64,000 nt of DNA from contig NC_057748.1 of the NCBI RefSeq assembly GCF_004010195.1, positions 6,271,653 to 6,335,652 on the forward strand, read 5' to 3'. The notes beneath the pieces were generated by a model that saw only the letters and a program-made list of their open reading frames with translations, made no database searches and was not told the origin of the DNA. This DNA is from Chiloscyllium plagiosum (taxonomy: Eukaryota). Below are positions 27,646 through 41,166 of the stretch, one piece after another. The position numbers and the translations under genes are program-made. The stretch's first letter is position 1. Each line of letters opens with the position of its first letter.

Positions 27646-28122
27646 TTATGCTTCTGGCCAATCTCCAAGAATTATGTCAGAACTGGGGAATGGGAAATAG
27701 GACAAGAAAGGAATGAGATGCAGTGGCAATGTTACTGGATGAGTAACCCACAGGCCCAGGCTAATGGTCTGGGAACACTATTACAGCTGGTAGAATTCAA
27801 ATTAAATTAATAAATCTTAAATTGAAAGGCTAGTCTCAGTTATTTATCATGCCATCATTAACTGCTGTGAAAATCTATCCAATTCATTCATGCCTTTCAG
27901 GAAAGAATTCTAACACCCATACCTAATCTGGATTACATGTAACTCTAGGCCCACAGCAATGTGGATAACTCCTAATCACCCTCTGAAATCTTTTAGAGAG
28001 CTAATCAGGTCAAGGAAAATTAGAAAGGGACAAGACACGCAGGCTTTGCCTATGAAAGAATGAAGGAAAAATATAGTTTTAAGCCTATTGAATTATAAAA
28101 TTTCTCCAACTTTGATTCATCA

Positions 28123-28242
<120 letters not shown>

Positions 28243-28497
28243 TTAAATTAGTACAAGATTTTCATGGACCAACTGTACACAATTGCAGCTGCACCCTTCT
28301 ACTGCTTCACAAGCTTCATCATATAGCTACAGCACTTGCAAATTCTAACTGTCCCACATCAAAATCTGGTATCCATCTGTTTATATCACAGTATCTTCCT
28401 CCAGCATTAACGGGCATTCAAAAGTATGGGTGAGGACTCAAAAACAACACAAGGAGGGACTTATTTTGAAGTCGAGGGAAGATTTCCCTGTTGTTGC

Positions 28498-28530
28498 CGA
28501 GTGAGTGAGTGAGTGAGTGAGTGAGTGAGT

Positions 28531-28565
<35 letters not shown>
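28498..28565 (+). repeat. Compound microsatellite (GAGT)n(GA)n
   Basis: Read directly from the sequence. Confidence 0.95.
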
Positions 28566-28567
<2 letters not shown>

Positions 28568-29267
28568 GCTGACTGACTGAACAGAAGGCACATAAACATG
28601 GGCACAGAGAGGAACATAAGCACTCTCCAATACTGTAACATATGCTTCTCCCAGTAAGCAAAGATACACCGTGTAGTTTGTTAAAGAATGGACAAAGGGA
28701 GAAAAGCCAACCTCTCTCTCTCTCTCTCCAGCAATATTGTATTTGCACAATGAATAAACATCAATTTCATTCACAGTCAGATGTGTGAGAACATTACTGA
28801 GGCCAAATCTCGCAGGCTCCTGATTGGTAATTAAGCCTCTCACCTTCATAATTTGATACACAAAGATGTCACTTTTGGTTCTGACCATTACTTAACTCAT
28901 TTTTGAAACTGCCTACCTTACTGCCCAACAAATATTCTGATTCATAAGGATCTGCCAACAACTCATGTCACACAAGTGTAGATACATTGTAGAACAATAT
29001 TGATCTTTTTCCAGAGAAACATAGTACTGATCATCAATGAGCAAAAGTAAAAGGATGAGCAGTTTGAGTTTTACTGTATGGAAGTAGTCTTGATTTCAAT
29101 ACAGTTGGGGAACAGAACAATAGTGTAGGACAGCACATCTACAGCTCAGGGAACAAGAGAGGATTGGTTCAGAGGAACAATGACCTTAGTAACATTGATA
29201 TAGCAGAAACACAGCAACGATTGGCTAGTATAACACTCTCTTAAACAAACAAGGCAGGCTACGCTTA

Positions 29268-29477
<210 letters not shown>

Positions 29478-30019
29478 TCAGACAGATGTTACCGAAAAAT
29501 GCAAGACACCAAATGGAAAGATTAATCCTAAGCATTATTTCAAGCTAAACAATAACTGCGGGATATGGTCAGAAAATGAGTAAAAAGTTGAGGAAACACT
29601 TCTTTACGAAGACTGATAAAAGAATGATCAAGGTAAGGTGGGTGCAAGATCAGCCATTGCTCAAGAAGTAATTACAAATCTCCACAAGCATTCAAGCAAG
29701 ACTCCTGCAAACTTGAATCCAATGGACTGGACACTGTCTGAATAACCAAGAGGTATCACCCCAACGTGTCTTAATTTTTTCCCGATTCTCATTCCAGAGG
29801 AGGATAAATAAAATACTTTGAAATCACTGCAGTATGGCAGTAGTGACATTAGTAACTGGAAGGAATTTAGAACTGTTCAGAATGATTAGGACTTGTCCAT
29901 CAAGTCACAAGTTCAAATATTTTAATAGAAGCAAAGTGACAGCAGAGAACAACAAGCAGATCTTGCATTCGCAATCCCACTACCTTGCGAGATACCCTGT
30001 GACCTTGTGTCCAAAGGTC

Positions 30020-30642
30020 AAGATGTGTAGGAGCCAGTGTTGGACTGGGGTGGACTAAGTTAAAAATCACACAATACCAGGTTATAGTCCAACAGGTTTA
30101 TTTCGGATCACTGCTCTTTCATCAGGAGCTGTGGAACGGGATCATAAGACACAGAATTTATAGCAAAAGATTAGCTATCATGCAACTGAAATGATATATT
30201 AGATTAGATTCCTTACAGTGCAGAAACAGGCCCTTCGGCCCAACTAGTCCACACTGACCCTTCGAAGAGTAACCCACCCACACCAATTTCCCTCTGACTA
30301 ATGCACCTAACACTATGGGCAATGTAGCATAGCCAATTCACCTGGCCTGCACATCTTTGAACTGTGGGAGGAAACCGAAGCACCCGGAGGAAACCCACGC
30401 AGACATGGGAAGAATGTGCTAAACTACACACAGACAGTCACCCAAGGCTGGAAACGAACCTGGGACCCTGGTGCTGTGAGGCAGCAGTGCTAACCACTGA
30501 GCCACCGTGCACCTGGACAAACTTAGATTGCTGTCTTATGATCCTGTTCCACAGCTACATAATGAAGTAGCAATGCTCCAAAAGCTAGTGCTTCCATTTA
30601 CATCTGTTGGACTATAACCTCGTGTTGTGTGATTTTTAACTC
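30020..30642. mobile_element. Penelope-derived hairpin element, family D, with an HE1 SINE inserted (30200-30510)
   Basis: Arms agttaaaaatcacacaataccaggttatagtccaacag...ctgttggactataacctcgtgttgtgtgatttttaact; degenerate hammerheads. Confidence 0.75.
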
Positions 30643-30882
30643 AGTCCATGAAAACTGATGGCAGAAACTCATACATCCAAGTAAACTTCATCCTCAAATC
30701 AACAGACAGCTGGCAATTTGATTCAGATGAGGTGGTACCTCATGTTTATACAAGAGCTGACTGGACCAATTGTATTTATTTCTATTACATTTTAACAGAA
30801 AGTATCAAGTGGGAATTGTTTGGAGATGTTGCTGAGATATCATCAGGTACATTACAAAGTCAAGTATTTCTGAACAACTTCA

Positions 30883-31104
<222 letters not shown>

Positions 31105-32154
31105 TCAGGATACATCCACAGCTCACAAAATAGGCAAGCCTGGTGCCCTGGGTCACAGGTAACTGCATGCTTGGCAGTGGTGTGAGATGGGGAGGGGCCT
31201 GCGAGATGGAAAGTGAAAATATCTGCAGAGCAATGCAGGCACTTTGTCGCTCCCTCTGGGAAATATCTGTATACTCAGGATAACAAGCCTGCAAATCCAC
31301 AGACCTGTCTGTTCACTGATCAGGGTCTCAAACATCCTTCCCCAGCATCTACCAACTCACTGGTGCTTCTCATTTTTGATTAATCAATGCAGGCCTGCAG
31401 TTGTGCTCTCAAACCTTTGAACGCAGTATCCCTTTAAACATAGAATTCCCAGCCCAAATGTCCTGTTACAGCATTTGCTACTTATGGGAGTGTAGCACTA
31501 CCACTATAGGAAATATTGATGCAACTACTGAAATAACAGGCTATGTCAGTAATAACCCAATGAACAGACTAAATAGAAGGGAGATGAGCCTTCAGCCTCT
31601 CTCACATCCAGTTTGGTGAGGGAACTCCAATTTGATGGGTTTTTTTTAAAGCAGTGCTGACGGGCACACATTACCGACTCACATCCTTCATTTCCTTTCA
31701 TGCTCTTTTCAAATATCTCTTCTGTGCTCACACAGATGAGGGAATAATCCTGAGGAATGGAATACATAAATATTAAGAACCTCAGGCTTTTCTTCAGTAT
31801 TATTTCCCAGTCATGATCAGTAGGGTTCACGGCACTGCAATGTTTACCACACTCTGCCCTACGTGTGACATTTTCCTTATGTGTGATCAGTTGCCAGACC
31901 TAATGCCAACATCCACTACAAACTGGTCAAGGTGGACAAACTAATTTCACAAGTCACTTGATCAGAAAACTTAACACTTCCTTCCAATATCACCTGCTTA
32001 AACGCAGCAAACTGACAAGGATAAATGGCTTAGAGAATAAATGGCCAGTCTTGGAGTCAAGTTCTGGATTCAATGCTAACCAGTGACCTCTACCGGAAAA
32101 TTAATTCACACAAGTATTAGGCTTGATAATGGAGTGGCAGAGAGTCAAATATTA

Positions 32155-32365
32155 AGTTAAAAATCACACACCACCAGATTATAATCCAATAGATTTATTT
32201 GAAAGTTCAAGCTTTCGGAGCAGTGCTCCTTCGACAGGTAGTTACATAATGAAGGAACAGTGATCCGAAAGCTTGTACTTTCAAATAAACCTGTTGGACT
32301 ATAACTTGGTGTTGTCATTTTTAACTTTGTCCATCCAGGTCCAACCTCAGCACCTCTACACCATG
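32155..32365. mobile_element. Penelope-derived hairpin element, family D
   Basis: Inverted arms with degenerate hammerheads; short flanking repeat gagtcaaa. Confidence 0.75.
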
Positions 32366-32537
32366 GGAGTCAAACAGGCTGCTTCAAGGACAGCCATTTG
32401 GAAGAGGTACAGGAAACACTGTCAGCACAGATGGAAATGTACCTAACTTACACCAATAGGAAAGAAACTTGCTGAGAAGTTGTGTTTGTGTTCTAGTATG
32501 AGGACCCAGCTTCAGATCAAGCTACTGCAAGGAACTA

Positions 32538-32669
<132 letters not shown>

Positions 32670-33909
32670 TTATTACAAATTATTGAATTTTACTCAATTT
32701 AATTTTACATTCAACAACCTGATTTTTTAAATAAAGTTTTGATGTTGATTGTGACTATGAAACACAGGTGTATGCACAGCAGACGACACGTCTAAAGTTA
32801 GTTGAATTTGAAATAGACCAGGCGATGCTCTCCCAGTATCTCAGTGGTAAAAGCACTACCTGATGGACATAAGATGGGCCCAGTTTAGAATTTTCAGATG
32901 ATTCTCAGTGGTTGATGGTGGCTCAGTGTTCAGCACTGCTGCCTCACAGAAACCAGTGAACTCTAGGGTCACTGTCTGTGTGGAGTTTGCACGTTCTCCC
33001 CAGTGTCTGCATGGGTTTCCTCTGGGTGATCCGGCTTCCTCCCACAATCCAAAGATGTGCAGGTTAGATTGACTGGCCAGGGGAAATGCAGGGTTACAGG
33101 GATAGGGTAGGGTGCTGGGTCTGACTGGGGTGCTCCTCGGAGGATAGGTGTGACCTCAATGAGCTGAATGGCCTGCTTCCACACTATAAGGATTGTATGA
33201 TTCCTGTTAGAGTACAAACTAAGTCTTAAAATTGGCTCCAAAAAGTCACAGTAAAAATTAGGTGTGCCCTTTGGTCTCCATGACTCTGACTACCCAGCAC
33301 TCGGGCACATAGCTCACTAACATCTACTCGATTAGGTCAGTGTCTTGCAACTGGGGATCCCACCCTAAAAGGGCCCTATGCAATTTTCTGGTCCCTCGCT
33401 CAGCATTTCTTTCACTCAAGCACAGGATTTCGATTTCCACACTTCTCAGGGAGGATAAGAATCAACAGTAAATGGGACACATCCTATACAGTCTGAAAAC
33501 ATTCATCCTCCACTGCTTTGCAACTTCCATTGTGCATACAAAAGGGTGCAGCTGCTAATTGATACAAGACCCCATTAATGGCACCAGCTCAACAAATAAA
33601 ATCCAAACCATCCGAAGAGTGAAGTGCATGTAATTAAAATAATAATTTAAATAATTTTGAATTTCCATTCATTTGATAGTATTTTACTTTGTTTCCCTCC
33701 TAGCTTTATAAAGCTGGGACAGAAAGAAGCTTGGGTTCCCAATGGAGTTTCCAATATGTAATGGAGTTACTTAACTCAAAAAAAAACATTGAAAAGCAGT
33801 GGGTAGGAGGCTCAGTAGGGCCTATGTGGGTGACCACTGGAAAGATGTCTACACTCCAGCAGTGGAGGAAAGAAACTAAACAGTGGATAAATTTTAAAAA
33901 CAAGCATAC

Positions 33910-33964
33910 CGATTCTCTCTATCCTGGTGACATCTCTAACTTCAGGAACCTTTGTTGCTGTGGT
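33910..33964 (-). CDS. ruvbl2: RuvB-like 2 exon 2
   Basis: TTATKVPEVRDVTRIERIG; acceptor tttcag, donor gtatgc. Confidence 0.95.
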
Positions 33965-34589
33965 CTGAAAGTCAATATGCACATATTGAAAAAGGGACGA
34001 GTTTTAATTATAGCATAAAATTTGACAAGCAGGTCACACAGTAACTTAAAGGCACAACACAACTGAAATCAATAAACATCTTTTCCTCGAATGATGGTTT
34101 GTAATACATTAATACTACTCTCTTACCAATGTTATCTACGTTATACAATTCAGTATCAACTGTTTGAATCTCTTATCTCAACTAATGTCAGACTGTGGGT
34201 TGATACATGGAATGGCAACTACAACACTTGTACGGTTTTGCCAGAATCTTGACCACTCTGAAAGAAGTGCAAATGGCACCCTCTTGTCTCTGCAACCCTA
34301 GTGGTTCCTTGTTTAAATCCTGCTTTTACAAGACTGAAGTTCAGAGTGGGAGCTGTAGGCCAGACAAAAGGTCACATTTCAGCAACGGAACAACTTGATG
34401 TTTTGATTCAGATCTCTCGAGCCACAATCAGAAGCAACTGCTTCGTGCAGTTGATGGCCCCCAGTCTCCTAGACAGAAAATCATGGGCTCAATCCTCACT
34501 CCAGGGCCTGAGCACTCAGTCTACACTGACATTTCAGGTAACTCCCCTAAAGTTAGACATGGCAGGAGTGGGGGGTCAATATTCAAAAC

Positions 34590-35250
34590 GGTGAGGAAAG
34601 TAGAGTCGCAGGTAGATAGGAGAGTGAAGATGACGTTTGGTATGCTTTTCTTTATTGGTCAGAGTACAGATCATGTTACGGCTGTAAAGGACATTAGTGA
34701 GGCCACTTTTGGAATATTGTGTGCAATTCTGGTCTCCCTCCTATCAGAAAGATGTTGTTAAATTTGAAAGGGTACAGAAAAGATTTACAAGGATGTTGCC
34801 AGGGTTGGGGGATTTGAGCTATAGGGAGAGGCTGAACAGGCTGGGGCTGTTTTCCCTGAAGCGTCGGAGCTGAGGGGTGACTTTATCGATTTATAAATTC
34901 ATGAGGGGCATGACAAGTCCATAGACAAGGTCTTTTCCCTGGGGTGGGAGAATCCAGAACTAGAGGGCATAGGTTTAGGGTGAGAGGAGAAAGATATAAA
35001 AGTGACCTAAGAGGCAATTTTTTTCATTCAGAGGGTGGTATGTGTATGGAATGAGTTGCCAAAAGAAGTGGTGGAGGCTGGTACAATTGCAACATTTAAA
35101 AGGCATTTGGATGGGTATATGAATAGGAAGGGTTTGGAGGGATATTGGCCAGGTGTTGGCAGGTGGGACTAGGTTGGTTTGGGATATCATGTCAGCATGA
35201 ATGAGTTGAACCGAAGGGTCTATTTCTGTGCTGTACATCTCTGACTATGA
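34590..35250 (+). mobile_element. CR1 LINE 3' fragment
   Basis: KVESQVDR.VK..FGML.FIGQ; LVRPLLEYCVQFWSP; conserved 3' tail. Confidence 0.85.
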
Positions 35251-35308
35251 GGTGCTATCAGAGAGGGGGCTACTCAAACAGGTGGGGGAGCGGCCGGGGG
35301 CTATTCAA

Positions 35309-35955
35309 NNNNNNNNNNNNNNNNNNNNNNNNNNNNNNNNNNNNNNNNNNNNNNNNNNNNNNNNNNNNNNNNNNNNNNNNNNNNNNNNNNNNNNNNNNNN
35401 NNNNNNNNNNNNNNNNNNNNNNNNNNNNNNNNNNNNNNNNNNNNNNNNNNNNNNNNNNNNNNNNNNNNNNNNNNNNNNNNNNNNNNNNNNNNNNNNNNNN
35501 NNNNNNNNNNNNNNNNNNNNNNNNNNNNNNNNNNNNNNNNNNNNNNNNNNNNNNNNNNNNNNNNNNNNNNNNNNNNNNNNNNNNNNNNNNNNNNNNNNNN
35601 NNNNNNNNNNNNNNNNNNNNNNNNNNNNNNNNNNNNNNNNNNNNNNNNNNNNNNNNNNNNNNNNNNNNNNNNNNNNNNNNNNNNNNNNNNNNNNNNNNNN
35701 NNNNNNNNNNNNNNNNNNNNNNNNNNNNNNNNNNNNNNNNNNNNNNNNNNNNNNNNNNNNNNNNNNNNNNNNNNNNNNNNNNNNNNNNNNNNNNNNNNNN
35801 NNNNNNNNNNNNNNNNNNNNNNNNNNNNNNNNNNNNNNNNNNNNNNNNNNNNNNNNNNNNNNNNNNNNNNNNNNNNNNNNNNNNNNNNNNNNNNNNNNNN
35901 NNNNNNNNNNNNNNNNNNNNNNNNNNNNNNNNNNNNNNNNNNNNNNNNNNNNNNN
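35309..35955. other. Assembly gap in ruvbl2 intron 1 (other gaps at 49832-49988, 59331-59488, 60197-60375)
   Basis: Runs of N. Confidence 1.
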
Positions 35956-36380
35956 GGGGGGGCGGTTGGGGGAGTTTCGGGGTAAAAGGGGGTGGGACGG
36001 GGACCGGGATCTCGAACCTTCTGCGGCCGCGCGGCTCCTTCCCTCGCCCGGTCCCGGCTGAATGATAATGACGTTCCCCTCTCTCCCCCACCCCCGGGGG
36101 GGGTCTCTGTCTCTGTCTCTGTCTCTGTCTCTCCCTCCCCCGTCGGTGTCTGTATCTTCTCCCTCCTCCCTCCTCACCGTTGCCATGCTGCTACCGCCAC
36201 CGGTCTCCAACCGCCGACAGCACTTCCGGTTGCACCACCCGCCCGCCTCCGACCAGGAAACAAAAGCAGAGAAACTCAGTTCCGGGCCATTCCCCACCTA
36301 CCCACAGCCTAAACGTCATCACAATCAACAACAAATTGTATATACCATACTCTAGCGCCTGTAACGCAACGAAACCTCCC
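35956..36380 (-). promoter_or_regulatory. CpG-rich promoter/first exon region of ruvbl2
   Basis: Local CpG enrichment; ETS/GABP-type ACCGGAAGTG at 36221-36230 (-); TGACGT half-site near 36314-36319; no obvious TATA box. Confidence 0.75.
36178..36186 (-). CDS. ruvbl2: RuvB-like 2 exon 1, coding part (MAT)
   Basis: agcATGGCAACG|gtgagg in a CpG-rich region; all 15 exons join in frame to 1389 nt (462 aa plus stop). Confidence 0.9.
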
Positions 36381-39300
36381 AAAATTGTCTCTCAGGATGA
36401 TTGTAGAACAATGTATGACTCTGAATCACGTTAGAGCAGATGAATAAAAGCTTGATCATGGATCTCAAGATCTATAAGGAGGAGATTAAAACATGGAAAG
36501 GGAGAGGGAATGACTTCCAGAGTTTTGGAGTCCACTGGCAGCTGAATACTTAGCTCCCAGTGTAGGGCCAATTGTTGTTGGGAATTCAACGAGGCAAGAA
36601 ATAAAAGGGGGGTGTCTTGATTGGAGGTTTGTGGGGTTGAAGTGGATTACTGAAATAAGTTCTCTTGATTTCCAAAATATTTGATGGCTGGGATTTCATA
36701 GAATGACTACAGTGTAAAAAGAGTCCATTCAGTTCATTGAGTCTGCACCAATCCTCTGAAGAGCATCCCACTCATCCAATCCCTATAACTGTGCATTTCC
36801 CATGCCTAACCCATCTAATCTTTATATCTTTGGACTGCGTGAAGAAACCAGAGCACCTATCAGAAACAGGGAGAACATGCAAATGCCGCACAGTCACCTA
36901 AAGATGGAATCAAACCCAGGTCCCTGGTGCTGTGAAGCAGCAGCACGAACCACTAAGCCACCATGAGATTTATTACACTTCAGTAGTTTGGGATATCAGT
37001 AATTTCTAAGCGAGGCACTAAGAGAGGGGTTTAGGAAAAGAGAAGATAGAGTTTACAGGAGATAATGGCTGATCTCTGTAGCTCAAATTTCTATAATAAC
37101 ATAAATATAAGTGACCCATTTGGCCCTTCAAGTTGACTCCACCATTCAATAAAACATCTGAAACCCATGATTCCCTTAAGGCCTAAAGATGTATTAACCT
37201 CAGTCTTGGAATCAATATTAATGTTGATATATAACATAATTTTGATAAGGTATGCTGAACAGTTGGTTGTTCTGAAGCAGGATCCCTGACATGAGCCAGT
37301 TGTGTTGACTGCTGTGATTTTGTGTTGTGAGCTCAATTGTAAGGTAATTCCATGTGAAGGGGATGCAGAAGAGAGAAGTATTTGTGTTTGGGCTGAATTT
37401 ACAGAGTCAATAAGGGTACCAGGCACCAGATAAAAATGCCAAAGTTTTAAATCAAGATCTGAGGATGACATTAAAATCAACGTGAAACCTTAATGCTTTT
37501 TCTGTCTGCCGCCTGAACTGCTGAGTATTTTCTAGCCTTTTCTGATTTTGACATTAGATTTCCAGCATGTGATATAAAAGGAGTGTTACACCATCTGAAG
37601 TGCTGTCTTTTAGATAAGATATCAATTTGAGCTAGTAAACGACCCTCAGTACTGCTTCAAAGATGAGTATGAAGATTTCCCATCAATGGGTCAATGTTCA
37701 TTCCTCATGATCTACAACTGTTTTCCTAAGTAACAACATTGACTACACTTTACAAACCATCCTTTGGCTATGTAATGCTTTGAGTCTTGCTCTGAGCATT
37801 GGAAAGTCCTCTATAAACATATTTATTATTTCTTTCTTGCTATCATTCTATTTTTGTCATAGAGCCATTACAGCTTCCAAGGAGACCATTAGGCCCATTG
37901 CTCTCTGGATAGCAATCCAGCAAGTCACATGCCCCAGCTCTATTCCTGTAGCCAGGCAAATTTATTTCTCTCAAGTGCCCATCTAATTTACTCCTTAAAT
38001 TATCTCTGTTTCCAAAACCCTGATAAGCAGTGAATTCCAAGTCAATGCCACTCATAGTTCTTCCTTATATTCCCCCTGCATCTCTTGCCCACAATGTTAA
38101 AATATGCAACTTCTGATCTTTCAACCATCAGCTAAAGAAGAACAGCTTTTGTTCCATATTTGTCAATCCTTCCATAATAGCAGCAGGATTACCTTTTTCA
38201 TATTCTAGTTCAGTGGGACAGAGAGTGTCTCTTGATCAGGATTTCTCGTGATGGATTCTCTGAATGTCCCCTTCTTCCCACCAGCCATCTCTGTGTGGCT
38301 GTATTCTCTACCTTGGGAACCCAGTCTTATCTAAAACCATAAAAGAACTGCATATGCTGGAAATCTGAAACATGAACAAAATTTGCTGGAGAAACTCAGC
38401 AGCTCTCTGGAGAGAAAAACACATTTCGGGTCCAGTGTAACCTGAAGAAGTTCAATGTCAGTGGAACTGTACTGCAGGAAAGGGCCAGTAAGTTGGGGAA
38501 AGGGAATGAGGAATAAAATGGCCCTTGAACTAATGGCTTGCTAGGCTATTATGACAACCATTTTGCAGTGGATCTGGAAGCCAGATCAGGTAAGGCCGGC
38601 AGTGACCAGGGACCCAATGCTGTGGCCTAGTGTGGACTGTAGTGGTAGCAAGCGGTCAGACCACGTGGAGAACCCCCCTGTTCTGGTCTGCTGCTGTAAA
38701 GGGCCTTTGGAGAGAGACTGTGATGTTTGTCTTTTTAACTTTGCTTATTGCTTTTCTGACCTATGGTTATACTGTATATAGCTGTAATGTAATTATGGTT
38801 ATACTGTGTATAGCTGTAATGAAATTTTTCTTTCTTCACTTCTCTATTCTGCAATTAAGGATTGTACCTATGGAACCTTTGTACCTAAGATGGTGCGGTC
38901 AGTAGCGATGTATAAACCTTTCACTATACTCATGTGAGTACATGTGACAATAAAGCTAATTCAATTCGATTCATGTAAGGATGGTAAATGAACCAGATGG
39001 GTTTTTTTTAAAGAATCATAGCCACCAGTTCCACAATTAGCTTTGTATTTCAGAGTTTAAATCCCATGTTGTGGATTTGAACCCATGCCACCAAAGTATC
39101 AATCCAGCCCTGTGATATTCTAGTGCAGTGATACACCATCTTCTCCATTAGTGTGTACGGTATATCTCACTCTTTAAAGTTAAATGAATCAGCAAGCTGC
39201 CTCATTGGAAAAATGTGACATTGTGGATTTCATTATCCCCTTTGTTCCTGTGGTATAAACGGTTTGTGATGATTGGAAGTTTGGCATTCTTGCATTCCTT

Positions 39301-39591
39301 CCTAAACTGTGCAAAGTGAGAAGTTTCTGTCTTTTCACAATATTCAAGCCTACCACCGTCATCTCATTATATCCACATTCCCTTAAATATTGTAGACCTG
39401 GGAACCTTGAATCTTTTCAAGGTTATGAAGTAAAGATTCATTCCAGGTCAAACAGGAGATTAGTAACGTTCCGCTATGTGATCAGGTCAAATCTGGCTCT
39501 GAAAGAGTTAATGCTGTTGAAACCGAGGGTATTACACAATACATTAGTCACACTGCACAAACAAGCCTCCCGCAGCGTCTCCAGGCGTTGT

Positions 39592-39605
39592 GTTGCCATG
39601 GTGAT
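39592..39605. promoter_or_regulatory. RFX X-box-like motif
   Basis: GTTGCCATGGTGAT versus consensus GTTGCCATGGCAAC, in a small CpG-containing non-repeat patch. Confidence 0.45.
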
Positions 39606-40926
39606 TGTTGTGCTTCGGTGTTGGGTTTTGATACAGGGAGAGGAGAGTTAGGGCAGGTCTGATCCTCTCCGGCCTCTTACTCCCTACAGTTCCTCAGCAA
39701 GGCTGGAGATCCATAGCTTTATATGTCTTTGAGAGGCAAATTCCTGAGGATCTCTTTGTAGGGAGGGGGAGGTGGTCAGTGAAGGTGAGGCCTTAAGTCT
39801 CATCTTTCTCAGCTTTCTCATCAAGGAAGATTCAAGCAGAAGGGTAGTGTCTCCCTAAGGCTAGATAGGGTAGAATCACAGAATCCCTGCAGTGTGGAAA
39901 CTGGCCATCTGGCCCATCAGGTCCACACTGACCCTCTGAAGAACATCCTTCCAGATCCACCCTCCTATTCCATCCCTGTATTTCCCATGGCTGACCCACT
40001 TGGCCTGCATGTCCCTGGACACTATGGGGCAATTTAACATGGCCAATCACCTAATATTTAGACTGTACTAGGAAATCAGACCAGTCAGAGGAAACCCACG
40101 CAGACATGGGGAGAACATACAAACTCCACATGCGCACAGTCATCTGAGGGTGAAATTGGACCTGGGGTCCTGGTGCTGTGAGGCAGCAGTGCTAACCACT
40201 GAGCCACCCTACAGTAATAGCACAAACGTTTCTGGCTACAGGTTTCTGAATGGGACTACAGGGTTTGCGGAGTTCTGAACAAGGGTCAGCAGACTCGAAA
40301 AATTAACACTGTTATCTCTCTCCATGGCAGCTGCCAGACCTGCGGCCTTTCTCAAGCAATTTCTCAGTTTTGTTTCAGATCTCCAGCAGCCGTGGTTTCT
40401 TGTCTTATTCTGGGATTGGCGGGGAGAATGGCATTATTTGGCGTGAGCCACATCTCAAGTCTTCCCTCGAGGCGCACCTCCAGCGACCTGAGCACAAAAA
40501 CGTGCTGAAACGCTGGCACCAGTAGCGAGGGAGCATTGCACTGTCAGTGGGGAGCGGGGGGGGGCTAACCTTTGGATGAAGAGGCCAAATGAAGACCCCC
40601 CCTCCCACCACAGCCTGCCCTCTCAAGCAGACATCAAAGATTTTTGATTTGATTCGATTTATTAATGTCACGTGTACCGAGGTACAGTGAAAAGTTTGGT
40701 TTTGTGGGCAGATCATACAATGCAAAGATCATAGGGTGATAGATCAGAGCGAGAAATATCAAATTGCAGCTGCAGAGACGGTGCACAAAAAGCAAGATCA
40801 ACATGAGATTTGAAATTTGAGAGGTCTGTTCGGCGGTCTAATAACAGCAAGGAAGAAGCTGTTCTTGAACCTCTGCCACCTCTTCAAAGGAAGGTCTCAC
40901 TCGTGCTCAGGTTCAATATTTATCCA

Positions 40927-41166
40927 GGGCGGAGGTGGGTACTGCAGATGCTGGAGATTAGAGTCAAGATTAGAGTGGTGCTGGAAAAGCACAGCAGATC
41001 AGGCAGCATCCGAGGAGCAGGAAAATCGACGTTTCAGGCAAAAGCCCTTCATCAGGAATCATGAGGATCATTCCTGATGAAGGGCTTTTGCTTGAAACAT
41101 CGATTTTCCTGATCCTCGGATGCTGCCTGACCTGCTGTGCTTTTTCAGTACCACTCTAATCTTGAC
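40927..41166. mobile_element. Penelope-derived hairpin element, family A, two hammerhead cores
   Basis: Inverted arms of about 95 bp; 15 bp TSD ttcaatatttatcca (40912-40926, 41167-41181). Confidence 0.85.
41024..41059 (-). ncRNA. Minimal type I hammerhead ribozyme motif (family A)
   Basis: uucCUGAUGA-a-GGGC uuuu GCCU-GAAA-c-GUC-ga: intact core, stem II, palindromic ACGU stem III, GUC cleavage triplet. Confidence 0.75.

Noticed and set aside
35228-36297. Long ORFs of 270-330 aa in the supplied track (and similar ones at 49.8, 59.3 and 60.2 kb)
   Set aside because: Artefacts of translating through N-gaps
38762-38821. 28 bp tandem duplication tatggttatactgtRtatagctgtaatg
   Set aside because: Two copies only, within repeat-like DNA; ordinary slippage duplication, not an array
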